Positions 41,034-54,800 of a DNA stretch of 64,000 nt are shown piece after piece. The position numbers and the translations under genes were made by a program. Each line of letters starts with the position of its first letter. Position 1 is the stretch's first letter. The notes below the pieces were generated by a model, which saw nothing but the letters and a program-made list of their open reading frames with translations, made no database searches and was not told the origin of the DNA. The stretch is from Phoronis australis (Eukaryota; Animalia; Phoronida), in contig NMRA01000209.1 in the NCBI GenBank assembly GCA_002633005.1, positions 62,001-126,000 on the forward strand. Reading direction: 5' to 3'.

Positions 41034-42802
41034 CAGTGCAAGCGGTTAACTCCTATCCGATGGGAGTAATCGCGCGCTAGAGGTCGTGACATGAAAAACA
41101 GGTATTCATTCGAAAACGCAAATCCACTGATTCGTCTGATTTTCAACTCCCGATGCTAGCGGAAAACCCGGTGTGGTGGAAAAGGTAGGCGGACTTGCGA
41201 CAAAGATTTTATGGTTACCAAAGATGTCCGACTGTGACTTAAATTGGTCACAGCTGTTTATGTAGCGCCACCTTCTGAGATGAAGATATAGTATCATAAT
41301 GGAGTTGCGACAGACAGGAGTTTCGCAAAAGCGAAAGCGACAAAATTGGGGGTTCAAAACATCCAATATAATGAATTTTTTCAGAAGACCAAGCAAACTC
41401 ACGCTACTGTTTTGCGCCAGTATGCACACAGGCACAGTAGGAGCTTATTAGCGTACTCTAGTAAAATGGCGCTTCAAACTTACCACCATTTGTTCTTTAG
41501 GTGGAATATTCATAAAGGTCACAAGAGCAATTTAGAAAAAAGCGTAGGCTACTCGAAGTTGTATGTATTTAAGAACAGTCCAAGAAATGTGCAAAGGCCC
41601 TAATGCGCGATGTCGTGTGAGAGCCGGAAATTTCATGAGTAATGACTAAGTAACACCATTCACCGCTATCAAGATGGAATTGATCTCAAATTGTTCCTTG
41701 CGCATATGACTGATTTCCGGGTTTGCAAAGAACTATAAAAGATCATTATTTTCTAAGACCATGAACGGCTCATAAAATGACAGGCCAACTTGTACAGCAT
41801 TGTTTCTATCAATAAGAAACTGTCGGTTCTCACTAAACATTGGAATGACTACCAGATTGACTACATGTGTATAAGGACATTTTAGACGAATCTTATAACG
41901 GTTAGTGATCTAACTCAAATGTTGGTCTCATTTGTCACATTGGAGTGCATCAACGTTTAGTTTATGGCTAGTAGTGAAGTGTTCACAGACGATGTTCACG
42001 TCGCTTTCCCCTGTCAAGGCCCAATCTTCGATAGATTGCGTGCTTAGCAATGTTACGTACTGTACACGCAGACGAGTTTCTAGTTGAAGTTTACGTTCGA
42101 CGATCGTTAAACTGAAGCTACAGACTCAAGTTCATCATCAAAATTTCAATTTTAATGCTGGGGTCTTAAACTGAATCATGTAGGGTTAGAAATTCATTTA
42201 GTACGTAAACGATAATGGACGCAAAACAATTGTCACTTTCTCTGAAGTCGGACTAAATGTCAACAGCGATGAGAAGTTCGAGATCGGAGATCAGACCCCA
42301 TGACTTGATAATCTCACTTACCGTCTACCTCAAAAAGGAGAGTTCCGTGATTTCTCGGAGCAAATGTGGTAATTTCATTTGCATTTCCTCTCTGTAAAAT
42401 AGAATGCCGCGATTATCTTGAGTTTCCACAAAAGTAGACCGGAAATATTAAAAATAATTTCAAATTTGATTTCGAGATCAGACCCCGGGATAATGAAAAA
42501 GGAATTGCTACTGAAGTCAGTAGTTTCATGATATGTTCAACTCAACTATTTCCGCAAATATTTTTATCTCAGCTCAGCAAACTTCAAAATTTTTGAAGGT
42601 GTATCCATGTTGGCCTGTTGCTCTGATAACTTATCTGAATTATTTATAAACTGATAGGATATGCTAACGATTGCTTGTCAAAATCATGATTCGGAAATGG
42701 TCAATGGAGAACGTTAATTAAAATTTCTTACTTGTTTCTTGAATCAGGCGCCTAATGCGGTATAAGACCCAGTTGATGAGTTATTAAAACAATGATCGAT
42801 CA

Positions 42803-43345
42803 ATGCAAAATATATCTTCGTTCTCTCAAACATTTCAGCGTGGAAGTATTAACCACATATATTACGACAGAAGTTTCCCGTGGGTGTCTCTCTCTTTCGT
42901 CACAGTCTCTATCACAATAGCTCTAGTCGTGGCAATAATATACAGCAAAAGCTTCAAACAAAAAGTTTTACACGAGTCGAATCAAAATACAGTGGACGAA
43001 AGTGTTAGCCAGTTTGAAGACCAATATCCCAGTGCCTCTGACATCTATGCCAATTTAAGAAAGGCGGAAATGGATAAGACAAACCACCAAAATGACGAAA
43101 TTGACCCAATATCATTTGATTCGTCAATCCTGGCCGGTGTTACCGCAAAAGAACAGTCAAAGACGAAACAATTGACGGTGGAAGATGAACAGGAAGTGAA
43201 GTCTTCATGTCTAAGCTCAACTTTATACAAATTCTTGCAGCTGGTTCGCTTGACCATACCCGTATCAAGTGGTCGTTTGTCTGTGATCAAAGAAGAAGAA
43301 ATCACATCGCCAAGCCCAAGCAGTCCGAAGTTTTCACAGCCATGA
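42803..43345 (+). CDS. Hypothetical 180-aa single-pass membrane protein
   Basis: ATG-initiated ORF; hydrophobic FPWVSLSFVTVSITIALVVAIIYS followed by basic KSFKQK; acidic/Ser-rich tail; acceptor-like TTTCTTGAATCAG ending ~42747 upstream; AATAAA at ~43397 and ~43750. Confidence 0.55.
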   Translation: MQNISSFSQTFQRGSINHIYYDRSFPWVSLSFVTVSITIALVVAIIYSKSFKQKVLHESNQNTVDESVSQFEDQYPSASDIYANLRKAEMDKTNHQNDEIDPISFDSSILAGVTAKEQSKTKQLTVEDEQEVKSSCLSSTLYKFLQLVRLTIPVSSGRLSVIKEEEITSPSPSSPKFSQP

Positions 43346-44795
43346 GGAAATGTTTTGCAAAACCATGAATCATACGCTGCAACTGAACCTATGAGAAATA
43401 AAACAAGGTCACTACACTGCACGCGCGCGTGTGTTAAGAAATGACTTAAAACAACGATGTCTTTTTTCAATACCAATCAAACGACACCAATAACCCTGTT
43501 ACATGTATCTGTTCTGTTATCTGGTGTGACGTAACCCACCACTTTTGTCCCTTTTTGTGTTCATCTTATATCAAAGATTCTACCATTTGCCTTTGCCCTT
43601 AACAACAAAATGTCGACTTGTAATGTGGCCTATAGTGGTTAAATGGCTTTATGTGGCTGAGACAATCTGTTTGATCATTAATGACGCATGCATTGCACAC
43701 GGAAACTTTTTACGTATAAAAAGACAAGGTATTAATTGGAAAACGTCAAAATAAAATTACCAGATGAAGATACTCACGAAACTGGTGGCACTGAGCTTGG
43801 CGTAGTGAAAAAAGTGCTCGCGTCTTTACTCGGGGTCTAAATTTGAATTCCACAGTTCTCTAGCTCCCACGATCGGTTTTTATCTTATATTAATGCAGTA
43901 TAAAATGGTTCCAGGTGATCAGTGCAATGGATCCACCCAAGCGGCCTGCGCACGTCTGGTACAACGTGCAATTAATTATATTATATTCTCGAAACTGGTG
44001 AGTGAAGGAAATGGCAAAGCCACGGAGGTATTACAAGCGTTAGTAATGTTACAGCGGAAATTAAACATGTTTTCAGAGATACAGTACCAAACTTTGTAGC
44101 TTTTTCGCTCCGTTTGCTGCAATAGTATAAGGATTTGTTTATGATGTTGAGGGCCGGGGAGATGTTCTAACGAACCCCACAATACAAACTCTTGTTTACA
44201 GTCAGCCAGTTAGGTTCCATCATTTACGACCGTTGCGTTTGATCGAGCTAATAGGAAAACTCATATCTCGCTACATGTAGCTATTCGTAGGCGTACTGTG
44301 TGAAGCAACCGTTTCCGAACGCGCAGAGCCATTGGCGATTGGGCTCCTGATAAGAGCGAAATATACATGAACGCTTTGGGACTGGAAATAAGGTTACTGT
44401 TAGGAAGTTCCCAGTGTTCATTTCAGTCTACGTGGCAAGGAAATACACTAAGTGATTGACAATAGATTCTTGTCGTGAGACACATCTCATGTTGGTGGAG
44501 CCAAGAGTAGTCCTACATGTTCAGGCTATACGCATATGTATAGACGAAGAAGGTCGATGTACACTATCTTTCGGAAACATAATGCGAGATCAAACGAACT
44601 TGAAATTGCCTTCGTCGCGCTATGTTCTCTCATGGTACGGGGCTCTAGTGCACAGACTTGGTCTCATTTCTTGAGTCACAAGCGGTATATTTTAAACGTT
44701 TGAGATTCATTTGAGTGTATTTTTCATGATTCGTAGCTGTTGAAATCGAATTCTCAACCTCGCGGAGGCACGCCTGTATTTTTTCCCGAAGACCC

Positions 44796-44905
44796 CATTG
44801 GCGGATTTAGAGGGGGCCAAGGGGGTCATGGCCGCCCTAAAATTTTCCTGGATTCCATTTGGCACTTCGGGGGTGCCTGCACCCCCCCANCCCCCCCCCC
44901 CCGGC
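44796..44905. mobile_element. Fragment of the CAGTGGCGGATTTAG MITE family
   Basis: CATTGGCGGATTTAGAGGGGGCCAAGGGGG...CCCTAAAATTTTCC...ATTTGGCA is the reverse complement of the right half of 49389-49533. Confidence 0.65.
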
Positions 44906-46024
44906 ATTGTGGTTCGTTTGTCGACTTCGGCGAAGGTTGGCTACTCTAGTTCCCATTTGACGACCTGGGAGTTATACAATGCTGGATTTGGCAAGTTGAC
45001 GTTGTTAAGCGAGGAGCCATGATACACCTTGTCCATGAACTTGTTCGGAAACTGGGTGCATGCTGTACGCTCTATTACGTATACATATAGGGGAGTCACG
45101 CTGACATTGCTTACTATAATAGAGGAATCTCTTTAAAAACAGTCAGCACCCTGCCGTCAATTGCTTAACGAAGACTTGTTTGGCCACAAAGTAAACACGA
45201 CCGGACTTCATATCGGTTATAGTGTTGAGCTGGTATTGCAGTTTTGGTGAGTTGGTGAATTATTTCTGTTTGTTCACAGTTGAGCATTGCTGTTAAAATG
45301 GCTCGCTGCATTCACTAGTTCATGTCATGGCTTCTGTGTAAAAACATGTTTTGATTGAGCCTCTGTTATAAAATCGGACTAATGTTTTTCCTTACAGAAA
45401 CTCAGATTAGAAAACGATTTCTAGGGCTGAAACAACCGTTAACTGACCGTAACTGCTTCACATCAGGCACATTAGACAGTGAAAATGTAGGTAAACAGTG
45501 TATATTTGTTTTAGCGAATGTCCTTAAAATGACACAACACGATACAGATTTATAAGCTTATTGAATGATCCACATAAATCAACTGCAGAATTTGAGCATT
45601 TGGTGTTGAAGAGACATTAAGTATGCAACGCAACACAAAATTGATTTTTCTCAGTGTTAAGTTTTAACTTGCATTAAAACTTCGCGGTTTACGTCGACGT
45701 TCTGCTTACGGAGTTAAGCCAGTATGAAAGGCATTTCGATTGTGTATTTCAGACCGGATGCAATTATGTACTGGATAGGTGGTTTTCTAATTTAAATTAA
45801 TTTATCGTTACAAATTTCAATTCAAGTGGAGGACAGGCGCAGTGTGACAGCTTTGAAAACCCAAATGAGCTTGTGAAGAAAGTTAATTGACACACACACA
45901 CTGTGTCTGTAGTTCAAGCATTTTTGTGTTACAGTGCATGTAGTTTAACGGTTTAATGCTTCCTGTTTCTTTCAAGCGTCTCGTGCTAAAAAACAACAGC
46001 GTATTGTGCTAATGAACAGCTAAG

Positions 46025-46135
46025 ATGTCAGGAAACAGCATTGACAAATTCATACAACTCGTACTCCGAGGAGAATATGACAGTACTGCCATCTATCTTC
46101 AGGACGACGATTTTGATATGGACGCTAAAGACGAA
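46025..46135 (+). CDS. Ankyrin-LRR-Roc-COR protein, probable coding exon 1 (not in ORF track)
   Basis: AAGATGT start; encodes MSGNSIDKFIQLVLRGEYDSTAIYLQDDDFDMDAKDE (ankyrin-like cap repeat); donor GAA|GTAAGG; 111 nt, phase 0. Confidence 0.72.
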
Positions 46136-47061
46136 GTAAGGACTGATTGTATTCATGGGTAGTCCTCAGCAGTGGGGGGTTGAGGAAAATTCAAGTGACG
46201 TACATGTGCACGAAGGCATAAAACGAACCAGTTCGAAATCGCACATTTTAAAAGAACGCACGTGTCTCCTCAACCCAAAAGTGTGGATAAAATAGTTCAT
46301 ATCGTGAATTTCAGCCCTGTAATTGTATTTTTATTTTACACTATGCAAATAGAAAGGTTCAGCGTCATTCAGGTGCGCCGGTCACTGAAACTTGAAATTC
46401 TGCAACAAGAAATAAAGTCTGAAATTCATGTAAAACTTGAATTTATGGTGAAAGAGCATCACAAGTGTTGATCTGGTTTACATAGCAGTTCGTATTTAAG
46501 TTTTTGACTTCATTGAAGCTGAAAAACTATCAAGTCTGTAAATGCAGACCTTGTGCAAGCTCAATATTTTACTGTCATAGACAGGGGTATTCCTTCAATC
46601 AAAACCAACTTGAAGACACTAGACTCACTTTGCCGCACTCAGCGTGCAAATAAGTATTTTTGTACATAAGGGCATGGGCCAGAGGTTTGATTTGATGGCG
46701 AGATTCGTGAGAGGCCAAAACGTAATGGAATGTGAAGTGGTAACTCCAGAACTTTATTCATAAACTATCACTTGCAGCAGAAATGAATTTTTGGTCATTA
46801 TTAATTTTTGAACGTTTATTAATCATTTACTTAAGTACAAACTCATTACATTATTTCGAAAAAATACAAAAAATAGTAGATTTATGTACATGTTTCACAC
46901 CTGTTCTCACTCCTTAAATTCATACGGCGCCTTTTGGGGCCAGCACACTAAGGTTCACTGGTGCACGTGCTCGTATCGTCTCTAAATTTTGTCTTGCCTT
47001 GCCTGAAAGCTGGCTATGCAATGTCAAAGTGCAAACGTTAGCCTGACAATTTATGTTACAG

Positions 47062-47160
47062 AATTATAGAACCGCGTTCCTTCATGCTGTTGAGACGAAA
47101 AACTATGAAGCGCAACAGTTTCTGATCAAGGCTGGCTCTGACGTCAACGAATGGATGCAG
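47062..47160 (+). CDS. Ankyrin-repeat exon 2 of the Roco gene (not in ORF track)
   Basis: Acceptor GTTACAG|, donor CAG|GTTTGT; exactly 99 nt = 33 aa, NYRTAFLHAVETKNYEAQQFLIKAGSDVNEWMQ, fitting the ankyrin consensus. Confidence 0.82.
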
Positions 47161-48504
47161 GTTTGTGATGCCCCGGAAGTTGGGTGACTTTCCGGACATA
47201 AATTTTACGTGGATTTGTTAGTGAGCAGATTGCCCATTTACAAGTTCTCAATGAACACAACTACACTTTGTTTAGCGTAGATTATGTTAAAATAGCATTA
47301 TCATTTAGTTCCTGCAATACATTAGAGTAGTTAGGAGCACGAAAATTTACCGCCATGAAATGGGTTTCACTGAGGGCTTTAATTAAAGGCACTGGCAGTT
47401 CGTTCTTGCTTGAGATCAGACTCTACAAGTTGGCTTGTCGTCAGATTGCAATTCATTTTATGCGCCAAGCATGGTTTTTAGGAATAATGAACAATCGGCA
47501 AATCCAGCAAAACCACCCTCCATCTGTAAAATGCACTAGTCGAGGCCAATTTTTATAGCGGTGGTCTCAACCAAATGTTCGTTTCTTGAACGTAGCCGGT
47601 TTGTAACCCCTTAAACTTGTGACAACATTATGTCTCGGTGTACACTCAGCCATTTCGTGTAGTACGTATACACAGTGAGGTCAACATATTTGGTGTCGAC
47701 AAACACTTTGGACACTTTAAGTGCGGCTATTGTGATTCGCTTTTTAAATACAAAATAACCCAAACAAGTGGCCTTAGTTGCCTACTTAAAACTGCATTTC
47801 CCCTTGTTTATCTGGCCTACTTGAATTGAGTGTTTACTTCAATAAAATTGGTCTCTTAATATTTCTTACCTCGATACATGTGCATCAGTAGGTGTCTATT
47901 TCCGTTACCATCAAGAATCGGATCCACAGTGTTTACAAGCTGTAATTCTCCGCGTTTAGTTGGCTAAAAACAAAAATCGAAGGATGTCATTTGCTCCTAT
48001 GGCTTTGGTCTCACTACAATATATTAGGAACTTTTTTAAAAAGCATCGAAATCTTCAGCGACTCGAGGAAACGATTAAGAGTTTATTAAGACTGACCAAC
48101 CATAAAACTGCGAATTCGAGAATGGCGCATGTTTGCATTTCCTATGATTTGAGTCGGTATTATTGCCGCTTTCAGAAGTGACGTAACGACATTTAGTGTT
48201 CTTCCTGCCAGCAGTCGTTCATGCCATTCATTTATCTTTTGCACGCACGCGTTTTGCATAAGTAAAACTAATTTCTATAAATATATGCCATTGGTGTACA
48301 CCGTGTTTACGATGGTTTGACTAAAAATAATGGAAGAACTATCAGGTATTCGTAGAAAAGTTTTAAGTTGCAAATAAAAACTAACGGAGTTTCACTTTTG
48401 TCTACGGTACACTCGCGCATATTTGCGTATGCGGTAGCTACGCCATAACACTCATCCAGAACACGCACTAAAAATGGGTTGTATCTGCGTTTTCCTTATA
48501 TCAG

Positions 48505-48642
48505 ACAGGAGACTGGGACTTCTTGCCCAGTGGATGGACGACGGCATTGGAAGTTGCACTTACGAACGACGACCTAAAGAGTATACAAACCATTCTCGAG
48601 GCACCCACATTCGATCCCAAGAGGCACACGGGTATATGGGTG
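48505..48642 (+). CDS. Ankyrin-repeat exon 3 of the Roco gene (different frame from the track ORF)
   Basis: Acceptor TTTCCTTATATCAG|; encodes TGDWDFLPSGWTTALEVALTNDDLKSIQTILEAPTFDPKRHTGIWV; donor GTG|GTACGT, phase 0 (alternative donor after 48639). Confidence 0.72.
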
Positions 48643-49388
48643 GTACGTACTGGAGAACTTTTAGTGCACGCTTAGTGTACAGTGCCCAGCACTTTTGAGG
48701 ACGTTTTGCCCTTGCAGTGCTTACGTCAGAAGTGTTGCACTCTTTGAAATAAGCAACTTGCTCTTCTAAAATCTCATCCTGTTGGGTTAGAAATGATAAC
48801 TGCTATAGGCTCGAGAAAAACTGGCAAGTCGTTTTAAAGGTCAAGGCCATTAAGAGTATGTTGGACACTAAAGTCTGTGCATTCAGCCATACATGTGTAC
48901 AAAACTATGTACTTTCACTCCGAAAGTGCAAAAGCCTACAGCATTTGAAGTTTGCCATTATACCTACCTGTGAACAATCGTTGATTTTGTCACTCGGTCA
49001 TTGTCGTTTTAGTAAAATTTAGCAAAAAAGAAAGGTATGTTAGTACCAAACCAACGGCATCTATAACGTGACCGAGACCGTTTGGTATAAATGTCCAAAA
49101 CGAAGTCTCAGAAAACGCGATTATTGTAGTTTTCTAAATTGCCATTTAGTTCTCGTTTTATCAGTGTATCCATTTTTTAGATTTTCCATTGAGATAATAT
49201 TTTTTATAGACCCTCTAGTAAAAGGGGATCATTTCAAAAACAATCCCTAATATCGTACAACATAGCATCTGAAAGTTCCATTTGAGCCCAATTTGCCATT
49301 TCGGTGAATCTAATTTTCTGAAATGAGCGAAGTCTGGACATTTTTCTACGATCACATATAAGCTTAACTTGAATTTCATGGCTAGGTC

Positions 49389-49533
49389 CATGGGCGAATC
49401 CAGTATTTTAAGTTAGGGGGACAGCGCAGTGTATTTTGCCCTTTAGACATTTGCACACCCGAATTGCCAAATGAAATCTGGAAGAATTTTAGGGGCTATG
49501 CCCCCCTTGGCCCCCCCTCTAAATCCGCCACTG
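49389..49533. mobile_element. MITE with 5-bp TSD (AGGTC)
   Basis: CATGGGCGAATCCAG...CTAAATCCGCCACTG ends, AGGTC on both flanks. Confidence 0.72.
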
Positions 49534-51097
49534 AGGTCACTATAGCACATGATGCAAGTTTTTCGGCCACAGTACCGTACCAAGTTGAATTATTTTGTGC
49601 CCCCCCAACTCTTTTACCATCACTGGCCTCTGACCTAGCTCTACCTCAAATGCTGGCCTAGGTAAGTTAGAAACGTATATACCGTGACCCCACTTGCCTT
49701 TCGGACATATGCCCATTAGTTTCCGGACAAATCGTCTCCTGACTCCGTGTTTTACAATGGACCTTACACATACAGTACACTCGTTTGCCCATGCCTTGAG
49801 ACCATGCTACAAATCGTCACAAACGACTTTTATGGGGAATTAGCTACCAAACTTCAGATTTTTCAAGCGATATTCCCCACGATTCAATTGAACAGAATTC
49901 TCATTATCTTATACATGTATGAAAGAATCGTCGTAATAATACAACTCGCAAATCTCCACAAGACTAAAAAGACTCCTCAAGTGAAACAAAACTGGACGAG
50001 AATCGACAGGTCATGGAGAAAAATCTTTTAATGACTAAGAAAGTCATAGTTCGTGAGAAGAACAATGCGAATGTGTTGTGTGTAGAATATTAATTATTTC
50101 TGATCTGAAAGTTTCACCAACTATCTGGACTAGCAAACAACTAATATCCGTAATTTCTGTAGCCACAGATTGCCTTATATGATGTGAGACTGAGCAGGTC
50201 GAAGTGATACTAATGTTGATGTTGCTTACACGAACTCAGCACGTTCTAAATTGACGTGTAGCGACTGATGGACACAAGTATTTCAATCAGGCAATGGTTT
50301 CGAATCGATAAAGCCAAAAACGGAACGATTGCTTCTGGTCTGTGCCAAACTCACTTTTGAACCTGCACCCCACAGCTGGCATCAAGTGACCTTGGGCGAA
50401 AAACTCCCCGATCTGATTCTGCTGACGTTGGGCAAAAAATGCGATTCCCGACCGTTGCCAGCTGGCAAGTCTGTGGCGTTATCTTATTGCAAATATGGAT
50501 ATCTAAAATATTACACCAATTAAAATAAAAACCCACAAACCAGAACCAGTTATGCCTTAACTCATTTTTTCATTCGTTTTCTTCTGTGTTGAAAACAGGC
50601 AGTCAGTAAAGATCTTCCTCACCCTCGTTTTCGTGATGACACAAATTGTCAAACACCGCAAGTAAGACTAGAAACGGCATAGCCTCGTTCAGCGCAATTA
50701 ACTCTCACAACCTTAAATCACGCTCTAATGACAAACATGATTTCACAAGCGTATTAACACGTCATGGGGTTTTAACCTTTTATTTGAAATTACTTGCTTT
50801 GGTCGCCTGGACTTCTCCCGACAGCCATACTACCTTTGGCACCTGAATCTAACTCGCCATGATAATCAACTTAATGGCCTAGTCTAGCCTCATTCCGATC
50901 TTTAGTGGTGACGTGTCATGGCTGTAGATGACGCAATTTAGACCCGGAAATAAGAGTAGACATGCCGTCACACTGGGTCCAAAACGTCATAATGACGTCA
51001 AAAATGACGTGATGCTAAACATTCCTACGAGTTTTCAGTTCTTCTTGAGGTTAAGAATCATTTCAAGTCTGCGAAAGGAACAAGATGAGACCGACTC

Positions 51098-51150
51098 AAC
51101 TAGCCCTAGTAACTAGCCCTAGTAACTAGCCCTAGTAACTAGCCCTAGTA
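51098..51150. repeat. 13-bp tandem repeat (AACTAGCCCTAGT) x4
   Basis: Four perfect copies. Confidence 0.95.
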
Positions 51151-51862
51151 TGTAGTTCTAGTAACTACTCTAGCGATTAGCCCAAACCAGAGTCTGTCTG
51201 TTGATAGAAAGATTGGCTTTTTGCTCCTTTAGGGTACCCCATGTAGATTGGACATCAATATGGGTGAAGGGTTTCTTTCATGTGACAGCACTTTAAAGTC
51301 ATCATGCGTGGGGCATTTTCCATGTATGTGTGTCGTTTCATGAAAGGAATCCTACGTTGACATCTCATCGGTCGAGATTGGCGTACCTCGTAATTTGCCG
51401 GCATTGATCAACGACACGGTAGTTAATTACATCCCTTTTGAGCCTGATGATGTCATCGTTCTCTAGATAATCAGACCCATCGTAAACACACTGGGGGCGA
51501 TAACAGTATATTAAAAATTTTCGCGAACGAATTTTGATAATCGGACAAGAAATGTGACTTTAACAACCTAAAACGCTTGTATGTTGCCATATTACGTTCC
51601 TCATTTAATTTTGCTGGGTGCGCAATATAATTGAGCCAATTACCAAACCGGAAGACGGCAGTTGGATTTTGAGGTAAGGGCTAAGTGTCATTACAATTCT
51701 TGGCATGAAACCCCGCGAGTCTGGGAATTTGGGGTCTGCTTGTCCGTAACTGGAATTCAAGTGAAGGTATCTGGAATTTAGAAGCACGGCCATCGCATCC
51801 ATGCTCTGCTATTCTTGCCGACCAAAATCAATACTTTTTATCTTTTCATGATACCATTTCAG

Positions 51863-54800
51863 AGTATACCAAGCACAACAGTTCTTGGCTACATTGATGG
51901 CGAAGATGAAAAGGTATTGTTTAAAAGGCAAAAGATTCACGAGGTCACGTTGGACTATGGCAACGCACCCGGTCCATTATTCCTTACGGCAATCCACCAG
52001 GACCTCGATAACAGCTTCGAGAAACATGTATCCCGTAATTTTTTATCACTCGCCGTTGCAAGAGACGTTGGCCTATCGCAAAACCACTATTCCATTATAG
52101 TCGCCTTCGGATGCAAGAACTTTCCCAAGCTGAATACTCTCCTTAGTTTTACACAGCCGATTTTTCTGACCTCTGTTTATGCAGTGTCATGCGGTTTGAC
52201 CGAATTAGACAGCTGGGACGGTATAACGAACTGTCGCAACCTTGAAGTGTTGGTCCTCTCCGATAACCTAATACCCGAGATACCTGATCATGTATTCAGA
52301 TTGAAAAAGCTGAGGGTTCTTAAAGTAGACCGAAACCACTTGACAAGCATTCCTTATGAAGTGTGTCACCTTGAATCTTTGGTTCACTTTTCTTGCGACT
52401 TTAACAAACTTGTTTCGATTCCCAAATCGATCGGCAAGCTAAAAAATCTCGAGATATTAACATGTAGCAACAACAGTATCTCAAACATTTCCTGGCTGTA
52501 CTACTGCCATTATCTAAAAAAGTTTGATTGCAGTAATAACGACATCACTGTTATTCCATCTGGGATTGACGACGTTTCCCTTCCAAAGCTTAAAGTGCTT
52601 GATATCAGTTCGAATAAGATTCGCAGTATATCCCCTATGATGCTGGATCTGATTCAACAGCAACTTGTGTTTCGATACTACAGTGACACGCTAAATGTGC
52701 AAAACAAGTTTAAGAGAAGTCGCAAAGAACTCACTGAAAAGCTGAATCAAGAAAGACAGCGGTTGGCAGGAAATGAAATGTTGCTTAACAAGGTTGCAAG
52801 CGCAGTCTTTCTGGGAAGCAAAAATTCTGGCAAAACTCTCTTACTTAAAGCGCTGAATAGTCCTTCTGGTGCGTCTCGGTCTACGAGTAAAGACAGTGAC
52901 CTTCCGTTTGAAATATACCAGACGACTTGGGAAGACAAAGAAAAAAGCGATTCCTATCATGTCAGCAGCGTGATCTTGAAGGCTGACAACTTGGACGATT
53001 TCGCTCGTAATATCGCTGATGGGAATTTATATGTTGTTCCCATAGCAATTCACCAACTGAGTTCTTCTTCGAAGAATGGCCAAGCCATAACAAGTCAGCA
53101 ACTGGATAGCCTTGGTTTGTGGATGAATGTGATATCCGATGTTATGAAGAGCACGGATAAAATGCAGCCCGTGTTGATCGTTGGTACCCACGCGGACCTT
53201 ATTCGTAGTAAAGCCCGTTTAAAAGACGTGTGGAAAAGAGTGAAAGGGTTTTTGATGTGGGCTAGGCTTTCCCATGTAAAAAAATTCGACTATCACCCTT
53301 ACTGCTTGATGTGTAATGCTGAAAGGGGGGCATTGACGCGAAAGACACACAAGGACGCTGGTGGAATGGGCGGTTTGGCTGTTAACTGGAATGCAAACTA
53401 TATCGACGACGAGGACCTGATTGTAGACGACATTAAAGACGTTCTTTACATCAGTGGGCCCGAGGATTGCATTATAGAAGTACCTCACGTTGTTGGTTAT
53501 CATGAAGTATCGTCCATGTTTTCGTATCCTGCGGCCAGTAGCCCATTTAAATCTATCAAAGGCAAACACTTGGAAAATTGGTCAATTGACATGGTCCTGC
53601 GCTGTCTTCTACGCCAGTTGGAAAGGTGTGGGTCAAGTGAATACATTGCTCAGAATTGGGTTGAAGCTGGCTATTACTTCCAGTCCTTATCAACCGACCA
53701 TGCCAACACACCTGTCAGGCGCGTCCAGGAAATAGAACGCCTGTTGATTAACATATTTTCAATACCTAAAGAAGACATTAAAAAAATACTCAAATACTAT
53801 CATCGGCGTGGTGTCATTTTGTTCTTCTCAGATATCCAAGTTCTGAATCAGGCCGTCATTTTGAGTCCGATCTGGTTCTTTTCTAAGCTCAAGGAAATGC
53901 CTCTGAAACTTCAAAGAAGTGGGACAAAATCAATGTTTGACTTCACAGAACTCCAAAGTGAGCTGTATGACGAGGATCTGAACAGAGTGTTGGAAGGGGA
54001 ATTTAATTCGGACTGTTCCGAATGGTTACTTTCCGCCATGCTCAAGTTCGAAATTTGCATTAAGATTCCTTGTCAACAACCCGTATCTGAGCAGCAATTC
54101 TTCTTCCCAGGCTTGCTACCCAAAGGTGTACCTGACTCGCGTGCTTGGCCAGAAACACCAAGTCAAGGCGAAAAGCATATCACGTGTGAGATAAAACTGA
54201 TACGCGTTGAACCCACATTTTTCCAGGAATTAATTGTTCTCTTCTTGACGAAGGGGCAGAAAGAAATGAAGATCGTTACAAAGCCATCCGTCTTTCTTTT
54301 ACGTTCAGATCTTGTTTTTTTCACCAATATGTTGCCTGACGAATGCAAGATTTGCCCAGGTTATCAACAGAAAAAACACGATAGACATAGAATTCGCATT
54401 CAAGTTATCCCTTTCGTTGACAATTTACGTGTATCAGTTCGAGGGAACAACCCTTGCTGCATAATGACATACATTATTCCGTTCATCGACAAGTATTTAC
54501 GCTGCCACGTTGGATCACGCGGCTTTGAAAGATGGAAAATAGTTTGTCCTCAGTGTATAGTAGCTAGAGAAAAGACGCAATATACCTTTGACCTAGTTCA
54601 GCTGCTCAGCCAACAAAACCGAAGGTTTCTGAACCCTATATGCGAAAACTGGCACGATCTCGGCAGCTGGCAAAATGTGATGTGCGGTCACGCGGCCGTC
54701 TTTGACACTTTTAAGATAACAAAAGATCTAATTCAAGCTACTGGGGACCTGGAAATTCCAAAGCTTTTCGTCATTCTTCGCGAGGATATTCAGTCCGGTT

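Noticed and set aside
43045-43476. 143-aa minus-strand ORF
   Set aside because: Antisense shadow of the better-supported plus-strand ORF, non-ATG start.
51815-51862. ORF-track start MPTKINTFYLFMIPFQ of the 1190-aa ORF
   Set aside because: TTG start within the intron's pyrimidine-rich 3' end; the exon begins at 51863.
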